Program-made: the position numbers and the translations under genes
Shown: positions 1 through 10,752 of the stretch, piece after piece
Position numbering within the stretch: position 1 is the first letter of the stretch
Layout: every line of letters begins with the position of its first letter
Notes under the pieces: generated by a model
The model's input: only the letters and a program-made list of their open reading frames with translations
The model's database searches: none
Told to the model about the DNA's origin: nothing
Assembly: GCA_038131935.1 (NCBI GenBank)
Contig: JAYPQH010000006.1
Location: 1 to 53,622 of the forward strand
Direction: 5' to 3'
Source of the DNA: Alphaproteobacteria bacterium
GTDB lineage: Bacteria > Pseudomonadota > Alphaproteobacteria > UBA8317
DNA length: 53,622 nucleotides

Positions 1-1289
1 CTGCGGAGATGGCGATGAAAGTCGCAGCCGCCGCCGGACAAGAAATGGCAAGAGCCCAACATAGATCACGTGTGGTGGTGGCAAAAGATACCCGTTTAAG
101 TGGTTATATGATTGAAGCGGCCATGCAAGCAGGCTTTGTGTCTGTGGGTATGGATGTGATGCTTTTGGGCCCTGTTCCCACACCAGCAGTAGGTATGCTT
201 ACCCGCTCATTGCGTGCTGATTTGGGTGTGATGATTTCCGCGTCTCATAACAGTTTTGAAGATAATGGTATTAAACTTTTTGGTGCCGATGGTTTTAAGC
301 TATCCGATGAGACAGAGCTCGCAATTGAAGCGAGAATCGACGCGCAACGCCAACAATCAAGAGCAGGTCCTGAGCAGTTAGGACGGGCACGACGGATTGA
401 TGATGCCGCTGCGCGGTATATCGAAGCGGTAAAGTCATCTTTTCCCCGTCACCTAGGCCTTGAAGGTTTGCGTATCGTGGTCGATTGCGCTCATGGTGCT
501 GCCTATAAAGTAGCCCCAACTGTGCTGTGGGAGTTAGGTGCGGAGCTTGTTGTGTTGGGTGATGAACCCAACGGTATGAATATCAATAAGGACAGGGGCA
601 GCACGCATCTCGATGCGGTGCGTGCAAAGGTGGTGGAAACAAGAGCAGATCTTGGTTTGGCTTTAGATGGAGATGCTGACCGGGTGATCTTGATTGACGA
701 AAAAGGACGCGTTGTTGATGGCGATCAGCTCATGGCCGTGATCGCAAAAGACTGGTCTCGGCGTGGGTTGTTGGCAACCCCTCATGTGGTAGCCACAGTG
801 ATGTCGAATTTAGGCTTGGAGCGTTGTTTGGCGGCTGAAGGGATTACCTTGCTGAGAACGAAAGTAGGCGATCGTTATGTGGTGGAGGCCATGCGCGCAG
901 GAGGGCATAATCTTGGTGGCGAGCAATCAGGCCATTTGGTGATGACCGATTATGCCACAACCGGGGATGGTCTCTTGGCCAGTCTGCAACTTTTGGCCTG
1001 CTTGCGTGCCCAGGATCAGCCTATGAGTCAGCTTACGCGCATGTTCGAACCTGTTCCACAATTGCTGCGAAATGTTCGTTACCATGGCGGAGACCCTTTA
1101 GCAGCACCTCATGTTCAAGAGATGCTGCAGCAAACCGAACAAAGCTTAGGCGAGCAGGGGCGTCTTGTTGTGCGCAAATCCGGTACTGAGCCTCTGATCA
1201 GGGTCATGTTGGAGGGCGACGATGCTTCGCTGATCAATGATCTGGCCGAGAAGCTTTGTAAGATCATTGAAGAGGTGTCTACAGATTAA
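1..1289 (+). CDS. glmM: Phosphoglucosamine mutase (5' end lies outside the window)
   Basis: Motifs [17 protein letters not shown] (catalytic Ser), DGDADR (metal loop), [19 protein letters not shown]. The usual N-terminal FGTDG motif is absent, so the gene starts upstream. Confidence 0.96.
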   Translation, partial: AEMAMKVAAAAGQEMARAQHRSRVVVAKDTRLSGYMIEAAMQAGFVSVGMDVMLLGPVPTPAVGMLTRSLRADLGVMISASHNSFEDNGIKLFGADGFKLSDETELAIEARIDAQRQQSRAGPEQLGRARRIDDAAARYIEAVKSSFPRHLGLEGLRIVVDCAHGAAYKVAPTVLWELGAELVVLGDEPNGMNINKDRGSTHLDAVRAKVVETRADLGLALDGDADRVILIDEKGRVVDGDQLMAVIAKDWSRRGLLATPHVVATVMSNLGLERCLAAEGITLLRTKVGDRYVVEAMRAGGHNLGGEQSGHLVMTDYATTGDGLLASLQLLACLRAQDQPMSQLTRMFEPVPQLLRNVRYHGGDPLAAPHVQEMLQQTEQSLGEQGRLVVRKSGTEPLIRVMLEGDDASLINDLAEKLCKIIEEVSTD

Positions 1290-1357
1290 AAAATGCTGTT
1301 GTCTGCATTTTGTCCTTGACCGTTGCGCGCGAAGGGCGTAACCGCGTCAATGGGCCA

Positions 1358-1398
1358 CGCCTCCCCACCGGGGCGCGCCTATCTGGAAGGATAGGAGG
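1358..1398 (+). promoter_or_regulatory. Two-hairpin leader resembling the alphaproteobacterial serC RNA motif
   Basis: CGCCTCCCCACCGGGGCGCG hairpin followed by CCTATC-TGGAAG-GATAGG hairpin overlapping the AGGAGG RBS of serC. Confidence 0.65.
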
Positions 1399-1405
1399 AA
1401 ATCAT

Positions 1406-2575
1406 ATGCCAGATCTAAAACCAACCGCACGGCCGGTTTCGCCGTATTTTTCGTCCGGACCCTGCGCCAAACGCCCAGGATGGTCGGTTCACGCACTAGA
1501 AGGTGCCCTATTGGGGCGATCCCATCGTGCCAAAATGCCCAAAGCACAATTGTCTTCGGCCATTGAAAAAACCAAATCACTGCTTGGTATCCCTGATGAC
1601 TACCGTGTAGGCATCGTTCCAGCTTCTGACACGGGTGCCATTGAAATGGCTATGTGGTCTCTTTTGGGAGCACGTGGTGTGGATGTCCTTGCTTGGGAAA
1701 GTTTTGGGGCGACCTGGGTATCAGATATTTTAAAACAGCTTCGATTAGATGATGTTCGCAGTTTTCAAGCGGATTACGGCAAGCTTCCAGCATTGGATGA
1801 GGTCGATTTTGATCGTGATGTTGTGTTTACCTGGAATGGTACAACATCAGGTGTTTGTGTGCCCAATGCGGATTTTATACCCGATGACCGCCAAGGGTTA
1901 ACGATCTGCGATGCAACATCAGCTGTGTTTGCCATGCATCTTGATTGGACCAAACTCGATGTAACAACCTTCTCATGGCAGAAAGTTTTGGGCGGTGAAG
2001 CCCAACATGGCATGATTATTCTCTCGCCGCGTGCGGTTGAAAGACTTGAGAGCTATACGCCATCATGGCCAATGCCAAAAATTTTTCGCATGACCAAGGG
2101 TGGAAAATTGATTGAAGGCATTTTCCGTGGAGAAACCATCAATACCCCATCGATGCTATGTGTTGCTGATTATATGGATGCTTTATCCTGGGCCGAGCAA
2201 ATTGGTGGCCTAGAGGGATTGGTATCACGAGCGAATCAGTCTTTGCATGCGATTGCTACCTGGCTTGAAGGCCATGAAAAAATTGCCTTCCTAGCCGAGG
2301 ATCCATCACAACGCTCGTCAACATCCGTATGCTTGAAAATCACGGATGCCCGTGTGACGGCGCTATCAGATGACGAACAAAAGGCAATCTGTAAAAAGTT
2401 GTCGTCTCTTTTGGAAGCCGAAGATGTTGCTTACGACATCAACGGTTACCGTGATGCACCTGCTGGTTTGCGTATTTGGTGTGGTGCTACTGTGGACCCT
2501 CAAGATGTCGCATTGTTGTTGCCTTGGATTGATTGGGCTTTGGAAAAGACCCTCGCAGAGCAAAACGCAAATTAA
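1406..2575 (+). CDS. serC: Phosphoserine aminotransferase
   Basis: [22 protein letters not shown] (PLP lysine), [17 protein letters not shown] 1406 follows AGGAGG; upstream of serA. Confidence 0.96.
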   Translation: MPDLKPTARPVSPYFSSGPCAKRPGWSVHALEGALLGRSHRAKMPKAQLSSAIEKTKSLLGIPDDYRVGIVPASDTGAIEMAMWSLLGARGVDVLAWESFGATWVSDILKQLRLDDVRSFQADYGKLPALDEVDFDRDVVFTWNGTTSGVCVPNADFIPDDRQGLTICDATSAVFAMHLDWTKLDVTTFSWQKVLGGEAQHGMIILSPRAVERLESYTPSWPMPKIFRMTKGGKLIEGIFRGETINTPSMLCVADYMDALSWAEQIGGLEGLVSRANQSLHAIATWLEGHEKIAFLAEDPSQRSSTSVCLKITDARVTALSDDEQKAICKKLSSLLEAEDVAYDINGYRDAPAGLRIWCGATVDPQDVALLLPWIDWALEKTLAEQNAN

Positions 2576-2661
2576 ATTTATGACGTTTTCGTCACGTTTT
2601 TGAAGAGAGCGCAAGCTCTCTTTTCTCCACTTACCCATTTCACAAATCATAGGTATCTATT

Positions 2662-4254
2662 ATGCCAAAAGTTCTTATTTCTGATAAATTATCGCCACAA
2701 GCCGTGGAGATATTTAAGTCTCATGGAATCGACGTAGACTTCAAACCAGGTCTTTCCAAAGATGAGTTGAAAGAAATCATCTCTCAGTATGATGGTCTTG
2801 CAATCCGTTCTGCAACCAAAGTTACCGAGGATGTTATTGCGCTTGCCGACAACCTTCGGGTTATTGGACGGGCAGGGATCGGTGTCGACAATGTTGACAT
2901 CCCAGCTGCAAGTTTGCGTGGTGTCGTTGTGATGAATACGCCTTTTGGGAATTCCACCACCACAGCAGAACATGCGATTTCCATGATGATGGCGTTGGCG
3001 AGGCAAATACCGCAAGCCAATGCGTCTACACATCAAGGGCTTTGGGAAAAGTCACGTTTTATGGGTGTGGAGATTACCGGTAAAACATTAGGTGTCATAG
3101 GCTGCGGTAACATTGGGTCTATAGCTGCAAGTCGTGCTATTGGCTTACGTATGAAGGTGATTGCTTTTGATCCATTCTTATCTCAAGAACGCGCTCAGGA
3201 ACTTGGGGTGCAGAAAGTTGAGTTGGAAGAGCTATTCACACGTTCTGATTTTATAACCCTACATACCCCTCTCACGGACAAGACCCGAAATATTATTTCT
3301 GAGGGCGCGATAGCCAAGATGAAAAAAGGAGTTCGGATCATCAATTGTGCTCGTGGTGGTTTGATTGATGAGTCTGCGCTGAAAGATGCCCTGCTCAGTG
3401 GTCATGTTGCAGGCGCAGCACTTGACGTTTTTGAACAAGAGCCTGCCAAAGAAAATATCTTATTTGGTCTTGATAATGTCATTTGTACACCACATTTGGG
3501 TGCGGCAACGACAGAAGCGCAAGAAGCTGTGGCGCTACAAATTGCTGAGCAGATGTCCGATTATTTGAATAAGGGCGCGGTCACCAATGCCTTGAACATG
3601 CCATCTGTCAGCGCTGAGGAAGCACCCATTTTAAAGCCATTTATTGCATTGGCCGAGCAATTGGGAAGTTTTGCTGGACAGATTACAGAAAGCGCTATTC
3701 GAAAAGTAGAAATCGTTTTCGATGGAAAAGTATCGCAGATGAATATCCGTCCACTTACATCGGCTGCATTGGCTGGCCTATTGCGGCCCCTACTGAGTGA
3801 TATCAACATGGTCTCCGCACCCATCGTCATGAAAGAGCGTGGGGTTCAGCTTACAGAGACAAAACAAGACCAAACAGGCGTGTTTGAGAGCTATATCAAG
3901 ATTACCTTGGTCACAGAAAAACAAACCCGTTCGGTGGCTGGTACTATTTTCAATGATGGACGGCCCAGAATTATTCAAATTAAGGGGATCAACATGGAGG
4001 CAGAACTCTGCCCACATATGTTGCTCACCTCCAATACTGATAAGCCTGGTTATATTGGCAAATTGGGTAACCTCATGGGTGAAGAAGGGATTAATATTGC
4101 AAGCTTTAACTTAGGTCGGGCTGATACCGGTGGCGATGCTATTGCTTTGCTTGGTGTGGATACGCCTATTGATGACGCAGTTCTGAGCAAAGTTACCCAG
4201 CTTGACTTGGTGACCCAAGCTAAGGCTCTTTCCTTCCCTCAGATCTCAGGCTAA
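2662..4254 (+). CDS. serA: D-3-phosphoglycerate dehydrogenase
   Basis: GRAGIGVDN, GVIGCGNIG Rossmann motif, NCARGG, TPHLGA, C-terminal ACT domain (DKPGYIG). Confidence 0.97.
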   Translation: MPKVLISDKLSPQAVEIFKSHGIDVDFKPGLSKDELKEIISQYDGLAIRSATKVTEDVIALADNLRVIGRAGIGVDNVDIPAASLRGVVVMNTPFGNSTTTAEHAISMMMALARQIPQANASTHQGLWEKSRFMGVEITGKTLGVIGCGNIGSIAASRAIGLRMKVIAFDPFLSQERAQELGVQKVELEELFTRSDFITLHTPLTDKTRNIISEGAIAKMKKGVRIINCARGGLIDESALKDALLSGHVAGAALDVFEQEPAKENILFGLDNVICTPHLGAATTEAQEAVALQIAEQMSDYLNKGAVTNALNMPSVSAEEAPILKPFIALAEQLGSFAGQITESAIRKVEIVFDGKVSQMNIRPLTSAALAGLLRPLLSDINMVSAPIVMKERGVQLTETKQDQTGVFESYIKITLVTEKQTRSVAGTIFNDGRPRIIQIKGINMEAELCPHMLLTSNTDKPGYIGKLGNLMGEEGINIASFNLGRADTGGDAIALLGVDTPIDDAVLSKVTQLDLVTQAKALSFPQISG

Positions 4255-4296
4255 ACGATGTGTTTGTGATGATTATGACGGGATTGTGAAATCGCT

Positions 4297-5589
4297 ATGG
4301 CAAGTGTTGTTGTCGTTGGCTCTCAATGGGGCGACGAGGGTAAGGGTAAAATTGTTGATTGGCTCAGCTTGAAAGCGGACGTGGTGGTGCGCTTTCAAGG
4401 TGGACATAACGCTGGGCATACACTTGTCATTGATGGGGTGACCTACAAATTGTCATTGTTGCCATCTGGGATTGTCCGACCTGGAAAGCTCTCCATCATT
4501 GGTAATGGTGTGGTGATTGACCCTTGGGCTTTGTCTGATGAAATCATTCGCATCCGCGAGCAGGGTGTGCATATAGACGCTCAAAAATTAAAAATAGCCA
4601 ATAATGCACATATTATCTTACCACTGCATCGTGAGTTGGATCTGTTGCGTGAGTCCCTTGCAGGTCGTGCAAAAATTGGGACAACGGGACGGGGAATTGG
4701 CCCAGCCTACGAAGACAAGGTCGGACGCCGTGGTGTGCGTATGATGGATCTCTTGGATGAAACATCGCTTGATGGTCGTTTGGACCGTCTGTTGGCCCAT
4801 CATATTCCGCTACGGCAAGGCTTGGGGGCAGAGCCAATCGATCGAGATGAGTTGCGTGCGCAACTTCTCCATGTGGGTGCGCAGTTTGAACCTCATTTGG
4901 TAAATATGTGGGAAGAAATGGCCCGTATTCGTGCTGAAGGAAAACGGGTTCTTTTCGAAGGTGCGCAAGGCACGTTACTCGATATAGATCATGGCACTTA
5001 CCCATTTGTAACCTCTTCCAACACGGTTGCAGGCCAAGCTGCGAGTGGTGCGAGCGTGGGACCTGGATATTTGGGCTTTATGTTGGGGATTACCAAAGCC
5101 TACACAACACGTGTGGGCGAGGGACCCTTTCCAACTGAATTGCACAACGCAACAGGGTCTTTGTTGGGTGAAAGAGGCCATGAATTTGGAACCGTAACAG
5201 GGCGACAGCGCCGCTGCGGTTGGTTTGATGCCGCTTTGGTTCGGCAATCCGTGGCCATCAACGGATTGCATGGTATTGCCTTAACCAAATTGGATGTTTT
5301 GGACGGTTTTGAAACAGTATCTATTTGCACAGGCTATAAGTTGGATGGGAAACTTTTGCATGCGTTACCTGCTACGATTGATGCGCAGCAAAGGTTAGAG
5401 CCTGTCTATGAGACATTACCAGGTTGGAATGAATCAACTTATGGTGCCAGTTCTTTCGCTGAATTACCTGCCAACGCGGTCAAATATGTACGGCGGATCG
5501 AGGAGTTGATTTCATGCCCTGTAAGCATGCTTTCAACATCCCCAGAGCGTGAGCATACAATTTTGATGCAGGACCCCTTCTCAGGGTAA
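4297..5589 (+). CDS. purA: Adenylosuccinate synthetase
   Basis: [52 protein letters not shown]. Confidence 0.98.
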   Translation: MASVVVVGSQWGDEGKGKIVDWLSLKADVVVRFQGGHNAGHTLVIDGVTYKLSLLPSGIVRPGKLSIIGNGVVIDPWALSDEIIRIREQGVHIDAQKLKIANNAHIILPLHRELDLLRESLAGRAKIGTTGRGIGPAYEDKVGRRGVRMMDLLDETSLDGRLDRLLAHHIPLRQGLGAEPIDRDELRAQLLHVGAQFEPHLVNMWEEMARIRAEGKRVLFEGAQGTLLDIDHGTYPFVTSSNTVAGQAASGASVGPGYLGFMLGITKAYTTRVGEGPFPTELHNATGSLLGERGHEFGTVTGRQRRCGWFDAALVRQSVAINGLHGIALTKLDVLDGFETVSICTGYKLDGKLLHALPATIDAQQRLEPVYETLPGWNESTYGASSFAELPANAVKYVRRIEELISCPVSMLSTSPEREHTILMQDPFSG

Positions 5590-5738
5590 ATAGGGTTTAA
5601 TCTTGGTAGAAACATCCTCATCGAGAATGTCGTATCGTGAGCTTACTACCAAGATGAGGAATCCAAACGGTTATCTTGATGGTATTTGATACCCGCCTCT
5701 GAACATATCTAAAAGAGAGTTTTGATGAGGCTTCGTCT

Positions 5739-6623
5739 TTAGGTTAGCCTCTTTACACCTTCTGATGCCAACTGGCGCACGGCACGTTCCAATTTTTCCA
5801 TTGCTCTGCTTTCGATTTGGCGCACCCGTTCTCTGCTGATGGAAAAATGCTGCGCCAATGTTTCCAAGGTTTCAGGTTCATCGGAGAGACGTCTTGCGCG
5901 AATGATTGATTGTTCCCGGTCATTGAGCTGTTGTAATGCAGTCTCTAACAAGGCGTTACGATGGGTTCGTTCTTGCTCTTCTGCAACATAGGTTTCTTGA
6001 TCAAGACGTTCATCCACCAACCAGTCTTGCCATTCGCCACCTTGATCATCATCGCGCATGGGGGCGTTCAAAGAATGATCGGAACCAGCCATGCGCTGTT
6101 CCATCATGGTGACGTCTTGTTCAGCAACCTTGAGTTGATCTGCAATCGCGCGGACTTCCTCTGGCTTGAGATGCCCCTCATCGGCTTGCTGTATCTTGTT
6201 CTTCATTCTTCTCAAGTTAAAAAATAGCTTTTTCTGAGATGAGGTGGTCCCAATTTTGACCAATGACCAAGACCGCAAGATATATTCCTGGATGGCAGCA
6301 CGTATCCACCACATGGCATAGGTCGCCAAACGAAATCCCCGCTCGGGATCAAAACGTTTAACGGCTTGCATCAAGCCTACATTGCCCTCGGAAATAATTT
6401 CATTGACGGGTAAGCCATACCCTCTATACCCCATGGCAATTTTTGCCACCAAACGTAGGTGGCTTGTAACCAACTGGTGTGCTGCGTCCCGATCCCCATG
6501 GTCTGCCCATGCTTTTGCAAGGACATATTCATCCTCTGGCTCGAGCATAGGCATATTACGGACCTCTTGGAGGTACCGCACCAAACCGCCATCATGTGAT
6601 ATTTGTGGTACATTCTGTGTCAT
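5739..6623 (-). CDS. rpoH: Heat-shock sigma factor sigma32
   Basis: Sigma70 regions 2 and 4 plus the RpoH box QKKLFFNLR. Confidence 0.95.
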   Translation of the reverse strand: MTQNVPQISHDGGLVRYLQEVRNMPMLEPEDEYVLAKAWADHGDRDAAHQLVTSHLRLVAKIAMGYRGYGLPVNEIISEGNVGLMQAVKRFDPERGFRLATYAMWWIRAAIQEYILRSWSLVKIGTTSSQKKLFFNLRRMKNKIQQADEGHLKPEEVRAIADQLKVAEQDVTMMEQRMAGSDHSLNAPMRDDDQGGEWQDWLVDERLDQETYVAEEQERTHRNALLETALQQLNDREQSIIRARRLSDEPETLETLAQHFSISRERVRQIESRAMEKLERAVRQLASEGVKRLT

Positions 6624-6663
6624 ACCTGCTATATAGGTGTTGTGGGTAGCGTTTGACCAGATC

Positions 6664-6696
6664 TTGCCTCCATTTGAGGCAATTTTTTATTTTTTT
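6664..6696 (+). terminator. Intrinsic terminator-like hairpin
   Basis: TTGCCTC-CATTT-GAGGCAA followed by a T-rich run. No + strand gene lies immediately upstream, so its role is unclear. Confidence 0.35.
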
Positions 6697-6712
6697 CGGC
6701 ATAAAGCATGCA
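6697..6712 (+). promoter_or_regulatory. Possible sigma54 -24/-12 site
   Basis: CGGCATAAAGCATGCA has GG-N10-GC spacing, upstream of the 6758 ORF. Confidence 0.35.
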
Positions 6713-6757
6713 AGTTCATGTTAGGTATTTATTTTAACCCATCGCTTTTGAAGGCTT

Positions 6758-7531
6758 TTGGAGAGATTGATCATGGGGAATAGAGCCGGCGATAAAGAAT
6801 GTTATTGTCAATGGCGGATATGGCCATTGGCTGTGGTGATGATCATTATATCACTATGCTCATTTCAGGCCTCGGTTGCTTTTGCTGACAATGATGTGGA
6901 AGTTAAAACATCGGGCAGCAAAAATGAAGAAATGGTGAAAGATGAAGAGGCTACGGATACGCAAGAGGTTGTGCGCATCCATGCCAAAACAGCTGCTGAA
7001 TTGGTTGAGAGTATACAGCTTATTCGTGAACATCTTGATCCTGAGATGCGCGATTACTTTGACAAAGGCTTGCCGTTGATTACCGAAGAAAGGCGTGCTT
7101 TGTTTGCAGGCTTGGGGCGTTTTTGGATTGAGGAAAATGGATATATTCTGCTCGATCAATTACCTGTTGAAGAGGTCATCAGGCGTGGATATGAGGAATA
7201 TGAGCGGGATATTGTAGCCTTTGACAACAACCCAGCATCACTTGTCCAAAATGCTGTAAAATATTGTTGGACAATGACCCCTCTTCCCAAAACATTACGT
7301 TCCGGTGTGATCGTGGTTGAATTGCGGATGAATAAAGATCTTACATTGACGCGGCCACCGGGTATTGTTCACAGCATTCTTACAGGCCCAACCAAGGATA
7401 GGAAAAAAGCTGAAATGGCCGCCTTGCTTGCGGCAAGCCGCTGCGGTCCTGTCGAAGGCTTGGCGATTGAAAATTACAAGCAATGGCAAAAGGTCCAGAT
7501 ACGCTTGTTGATACCGCAAAGCCGGCGTTAA
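6758..7531 (+). CDS. Exported hypothetical protein with a TolA/TonB C-terminal-like domain
   Basis: Signal-peptide-like segment ending AFA. C-terminus VKYCW...VVELRMNKD...AALLAASRCGP resembles alphaproteobacterial TolA C-domains. Start uncertain. Confidence 0.5.
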   Translation: MERLIMGNRAGDKECYCQWRIWPLAVVMIIISLCSFQASVAFADNDVEVKTSGSKNEEMVKDEEATDTQEVVRIHAKTAAELVESIQLIREHLDPEMRDYFDKGLPLITEERRALFAGLGRFWIEENGYILLDQLPVEEVIRRGYEEYERDIVAFDNNPASLVQNAVKYCWTMTPLPKTLRSGVIVVELRMNKDLTLTRPPGIVHSILTGPTKDRKKAEMAALLAASRCGPVEGLAIENYKQWQKVQIRLLIPQSRR

Positions 7532-8541
7532 TAGCCCCCTCTATCTAAAGCGTCGATCATGTTCGCGAAATCATCGGGCCAAGCTGCATCAAACGATAGC
7601 CATTCGCCATGACGTGGATGCGTGAATCCAAGTTCTGCTGCATGCAAACATTGTCTTGGTGGTAGGGGAAGGTGGGGTGTTTTCCCGCCGCCAATATGGC
7701 GGATTTGAGCAGGCGTGGGGCCATAAATTTTATCACCAAGCATAGGGCAACCAATGGCTTGTAGGTGAACCCTAATCTGATGGGTGCGTCCTGTTGTTAA
7801 CGTGCATGACAACAAACTTACCAACGCATACCCATTTGCGGAGCGCCAAATTTTTTGTGGTTGAAGTTTTGTTTGGGCCGGTTTGCCATCTTGATGAACA
7901 GCCATGGCTACACGGTTATGTTTGTTGCGCCCGATTGGGGCATCAACCACAATCCCTCCATCCTCATCAGTCCATGTAATTTCTGGTTTTAAAGAGGGTA
8001 TACCCATGCAAAGGGCATCATACCGGCGATGGATATCATGGTGGAAAAAAAGTTCCGAGAGATGTTGATGGGAGAAATCATTTTTGGCCACCACGAGAAG
8101 GCCGCTGGTGTCTTTATCGATGCGATGAACAATGCCAGGACGCCTTACCCCACCAATACCAGATAAGCTATCGCCACAAGCATGAAGCAATCCATTTACC
8201 AACGTACCATCTGGGGTTCCTGGTGCGGGGTGAACAGCCATACCAGCTGGTTTGTTTACCACCAAAAGGTCCTCATCCTCATATAGGATGTCAAGCTGAA
8301 GGTCTTGAGGCTTGGGTGTGGCATCCTGTGGGGCAGGTACATGCATCACCAGTCTGTCACCTGCCATGATTTTTCGTGAGGGGCTTGTCACCACGATACC
8401 ATTAAGCGTAACTGCACCCTCAAGGAGCAATTCCTTAATGCGTGTGCGGCTAGGGGTGTTCTCTGCGTTTCCTAAGACTTGGTCGATCCGGCCGTCTTCG
8501 GGTGCTACGATGTCAATAATAGTAACGGTATCTTCATTCAT
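7528..8541 (-). CDS. rluD: RluA-family 23S rRNA pseudouridine synthase
   Basis: N-terminal S4 domain, VVNKPAGMAVHP, GIVHRIDKDTSG (catalytic Asp), TGRTHQIRVH. Typical position next to rpoH. Confidence 0.93.
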   Translation of the reverse strand: MNEDTVTIIDIVAPEDGRIDQVLGNAENTPSRTRIKELLLEGAVTLNGIVVTSPSRKIMAGDRLVMHVPAPQDATPKPQDLQLDILYEDEDLLVVNKPAGMAVHPAPGTPDGTLVNGLLHACGDSLSGIGGVRRPGIVHRIDKDTSGLLVVAKNDFSHQHLSELFFHHDIHRRYDALCMGIPSLKPEITWTDEDGGIVVDAPIGRNKHNRVAMAVHQDGKPAQTKLQPQKIWRSANGYALVSLLSCTLTTGRTHQIRVHLQAIGCPMLGDKIYGPTPAQIRHIGGGKTPHLPLPPRQCLHAAELGFTHPRHGEWLSFDAAWPDDFANMIDALDRGGY

Positions 8542-8878
8542 GTCAGATCAACACCAGGATGAGCCATTAGATGAACTTCCGCCACAACTGGTAGGCTTGC
8601 GCAATTTGGTTATGGGCATGGGCGTGTTAATGGTTGCTGGAATATTCATTTTGGTTGGGCTCCTCGTGTGGAAGATTACGACAGGTTCAGACAGTAGCGT
8701 ATCTAACCCTTGGAATAATGTGGAATTGGCTTTGCCCCTCGATGAAGAAATCGTCAATATGGCCAGCCATCGGCGTCACGTTGATATTTTGGTGCGAAAA
8801 GCAGATGGCCAACAGGAACTGCGGCGCGTGCATGCCGATGGTCGCGTCGACATCTTGTTCAAAATTTTGCCGGAGTAA
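8540..8878 (+). CDS. Small membrane-anchored conserved protein (DUF6476-like)
   Basis: One TM helix (LVMGMGVLMVAGIFILVGLLVW) then a LALP..EEI beta region; divergent from rluD. Confidence 0.6.
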   Translation: MSDQHQDEPLDELPPQLVGLRNLVMGMGVLMVAGIFILVGLLVWKITTGSDSSVSNPWNNVELALPLDEEIVNMASHRRHVDILVRKADGQQELRRVHADGRVDILFKILPE

Positions 8879-9056
8879 CAACCGAAACATCTGCGGCACT
8901 CAAAAGAATAACTTGTTTGCCCGCATCTTCAAAATTTGCAGTTACTTTCTCCCCAACAATAGACTGAACCAAGCCAAGGCCCCAATCTTCACGTCCTTTG
9001 AGAAGAATCCTGCATCCTGGTTCGATAAGTTGGCTTGGTACATTGGTTGCCATCAT
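8859..9056 (-). CDS. DUF3553-family small SH3-like protein
   Basis: EPG...DWGLGLVQS...VTANFEDAGK pattern. Confidence 0.75.
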   Translation of the reverse strand: MMATNVPSQLIEPGCRILLKGREDWGLGLVQSIVGEKVTANFEDAGKQVILLSAADVSVVTPAKF

Positions 9057-9265
9057 TCCTCTTCGCCAAGATCAGCTTTTGCTTCTGCAGAACCTGGGAT
9101 ATAGGCTTTGCCTTGAATAGCTTTAGCGCCAAGCTCTTCTATCAGGCTGGGGTCAGTCATCACCCATTGTTGAAGGCGTTGTTGCACCATTTGTTCAGCT
9201 TGTTCAGCGGTCTCCGCTTCACATACCGCGATACCATCGACAATCCAATGCACTTTAAATTCCAT
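9053..9265 (-). CDS. Hypothetical protein (70 aa)
   Basis: ORF with an AGGAG RBS, overlapping the next gene's start. Confidence 0.6.
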   Translation of the reverse strand: MEFKVHWIVDGIAVCEAETAEQAEQMVQQRLQQWVMTDPSLIEELGAKAIQGKAYIPGSAEAKADLGEEE

Positions 9266-9328
9266 AACATCTCCTAGCTCTAAAATGCGACGTCATTTGC
9301 TATTTATGACGTGGTTGGCGTGATTTTG

Positions 9329-9832
9329 CTAGAAAGTACCGCCAAATGCATCCATAAAAGTCACTTCTTGGGTGATGGTCGGGGCAAGCCAAGCAATGTC
9401 TGGCACTTTATCAAGACTCCAACCTTCTGGTTTTTTGAGTGCGGGGTCATTGCGCAAACGAAATAGATAGGCACGAAACATTTTGACAATTTGTGCCACC
9501 TCGGTCTCTCGCTCAGCTGGTTTGTAGGCCGAGCTAAATAAGGTTTTGATTTTTCGTGTTGCTCCATTGGCATCAAAAGACGCCATATTATGGATAAACC
9601 CTTCGCAAACATAATTGATGTCAACATCTTCTATCTCAGCGATAGATCGCAAGATATCCTCAGCAGTCGCTGAAAACTTCTCACCGGTACAATCATCATA
9701 ATGTTTTTGGGCAACTTGAGCGAATTTGTTAGCAAAAGCTTCAATGGGAAGTTCGTCACCCACATAGCGGCGGGCAACTTCTGCGCATAATATGGCGACT
9801 ACCCAATCTGGTGCATAACGAATGGCTGTCAT
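9329..9832 (-). CDS. Hypothetical protein (167 aa)
   Basis: Clean ORF with protein-like composition; no family recognised. Confidence 0.65.
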   Translation of the reverse strand: MTAIRYAPDWVVAILCAEVARRYVGDELPIEAFANKFAQVAQKHYDDCTGEKFSATAEDILRSIAEIEDVDINYVCEGFIHNMASFDANGATRKIKTLFSSAYKPAERETEVAQIVKMFRAYLFRLRNDPALKKPEGWSLDKVPDIAWLAPTITQEVTFMDAFGGTF

Positions 9833-10008
9833 AAATCCACTTTTCCATTAGTAACTATTGCTTTAGAGTTATGTTTAACAAGCAAATTGCTCTTCGCCAA
9901 TGGGGATGAAGAGGTAATGCTGTAAAAGATCGTCGCTGTTTGTTGCTTTGTTCATGAAAATAGAGATTGAGGTATATAGATTTTTCTGTTGAATTGATGT
10001 CTTAAAGC

Positions 10009-10035
10009 TAAATGATTTTGTTTCCCTGTCGTTAC
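10009..10035 (+). promoter_or_regulatory. sigma28 (FliA) promoter of fliS
   Basis: TAAA-N15-GTCGTTAC; the same pattern occurs before fliD, flgM and the flagellin. Confidence 0.7.
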
Positions 10036-10071
10036 AAAGCTTACGGAGTTATTACGATGAGGAGTTCCCCC

Positions 10072-10449
10072 ATGACATTCCAAGGGCCACACGCAGCATA
10101 TATGCGCACACAGCAACGCGAGGAGCATGATCTTGGGGATGCGCATAATCTTGTATCCATCACCCTCACAGAATTCTTGCGGTCACTGAGTATTTTGAAC
10201 ACGGAAGTTGATTTGTCACACGAAGTTCGGAACCGACATTTGGCACGCTCTTTTACAGCGCTTTATATTCTTCAAGACAGTTTGGATTTTGATAAAGGTG
10301 GGGATATCGCGTTGAACCTTTTCCGCATCTACGAATTCACAAGGCAGCAATTGTTGGCTTATGGTCGTCGTGAAAAGGTGGATTTATCTGTTCCGCACCG
10401 TGCTATGTCCGAAATTCTGGATGCATGGAATGCCATCGGCCAGGAATGA
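10072..10449 (+). CDS. fliS: Flagellin export chaperone FliS
   Basis: N-terminal AAY, LQDSLDFDKGGDIALNLFRIYEF, EILDAWNAI. GAGGAG RBS before ATG 10072. Confidence 0.9.
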   Translation: MTFQGPHAAYMRTQQREEHDLGDAHNLVSITLTEFLRSLSILNTEVDLSHEVRNRHLARSFTALYILQDSLDFDKGGDIALNLFRIYEFTRQQLLAYGRREKVDLSVPHRAMSEILDAWNAIGQE

Positions 10450-10747
10450 AACGGGTATAGAAGACAATCTATCACAACTTGAATTGGCCATGGCCAATTT
10501 AGAAGAAGAGATTTCTCGAGGAGAAATCTCTTTTGATTCGGCTGCGCGCTTAGAGACTTTGGCACTGTCGGCTCAAGAACTTGCCTTTGGTACCCCTGAT
10601 GCGCAAACACAAGAAAGATATGTAAATATTTCTGCTCGGGTTCAAATCTGCACCCGCCAAATCACCACCCATATGGAAAAAATGCGCAAATCAACCTCAC
10701 AACAGCAACGTGGTTTGAGGGGTTATGCGCGGACCCTTAAGGATTAG
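10430..10747 (+). CDS. Small helical protein after fliS, possibly a FliT-like chaperone
   Basis: Overlaps the fliS end; coiled-coil character; C-terminal RGY motif. Assignment is positional only; start uncertain. Confidence 0.45.
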   Translation: MPSARNETGIEDNLSQLELAMANLEEEISRGEISFDSAARLETLALSAQELAFGTPDAQTQERYVNISARVQICTRQITTHMEKMRKSTSQQQRGLRGYARTLKD

Positions 10748-10752
10748 ATCGA

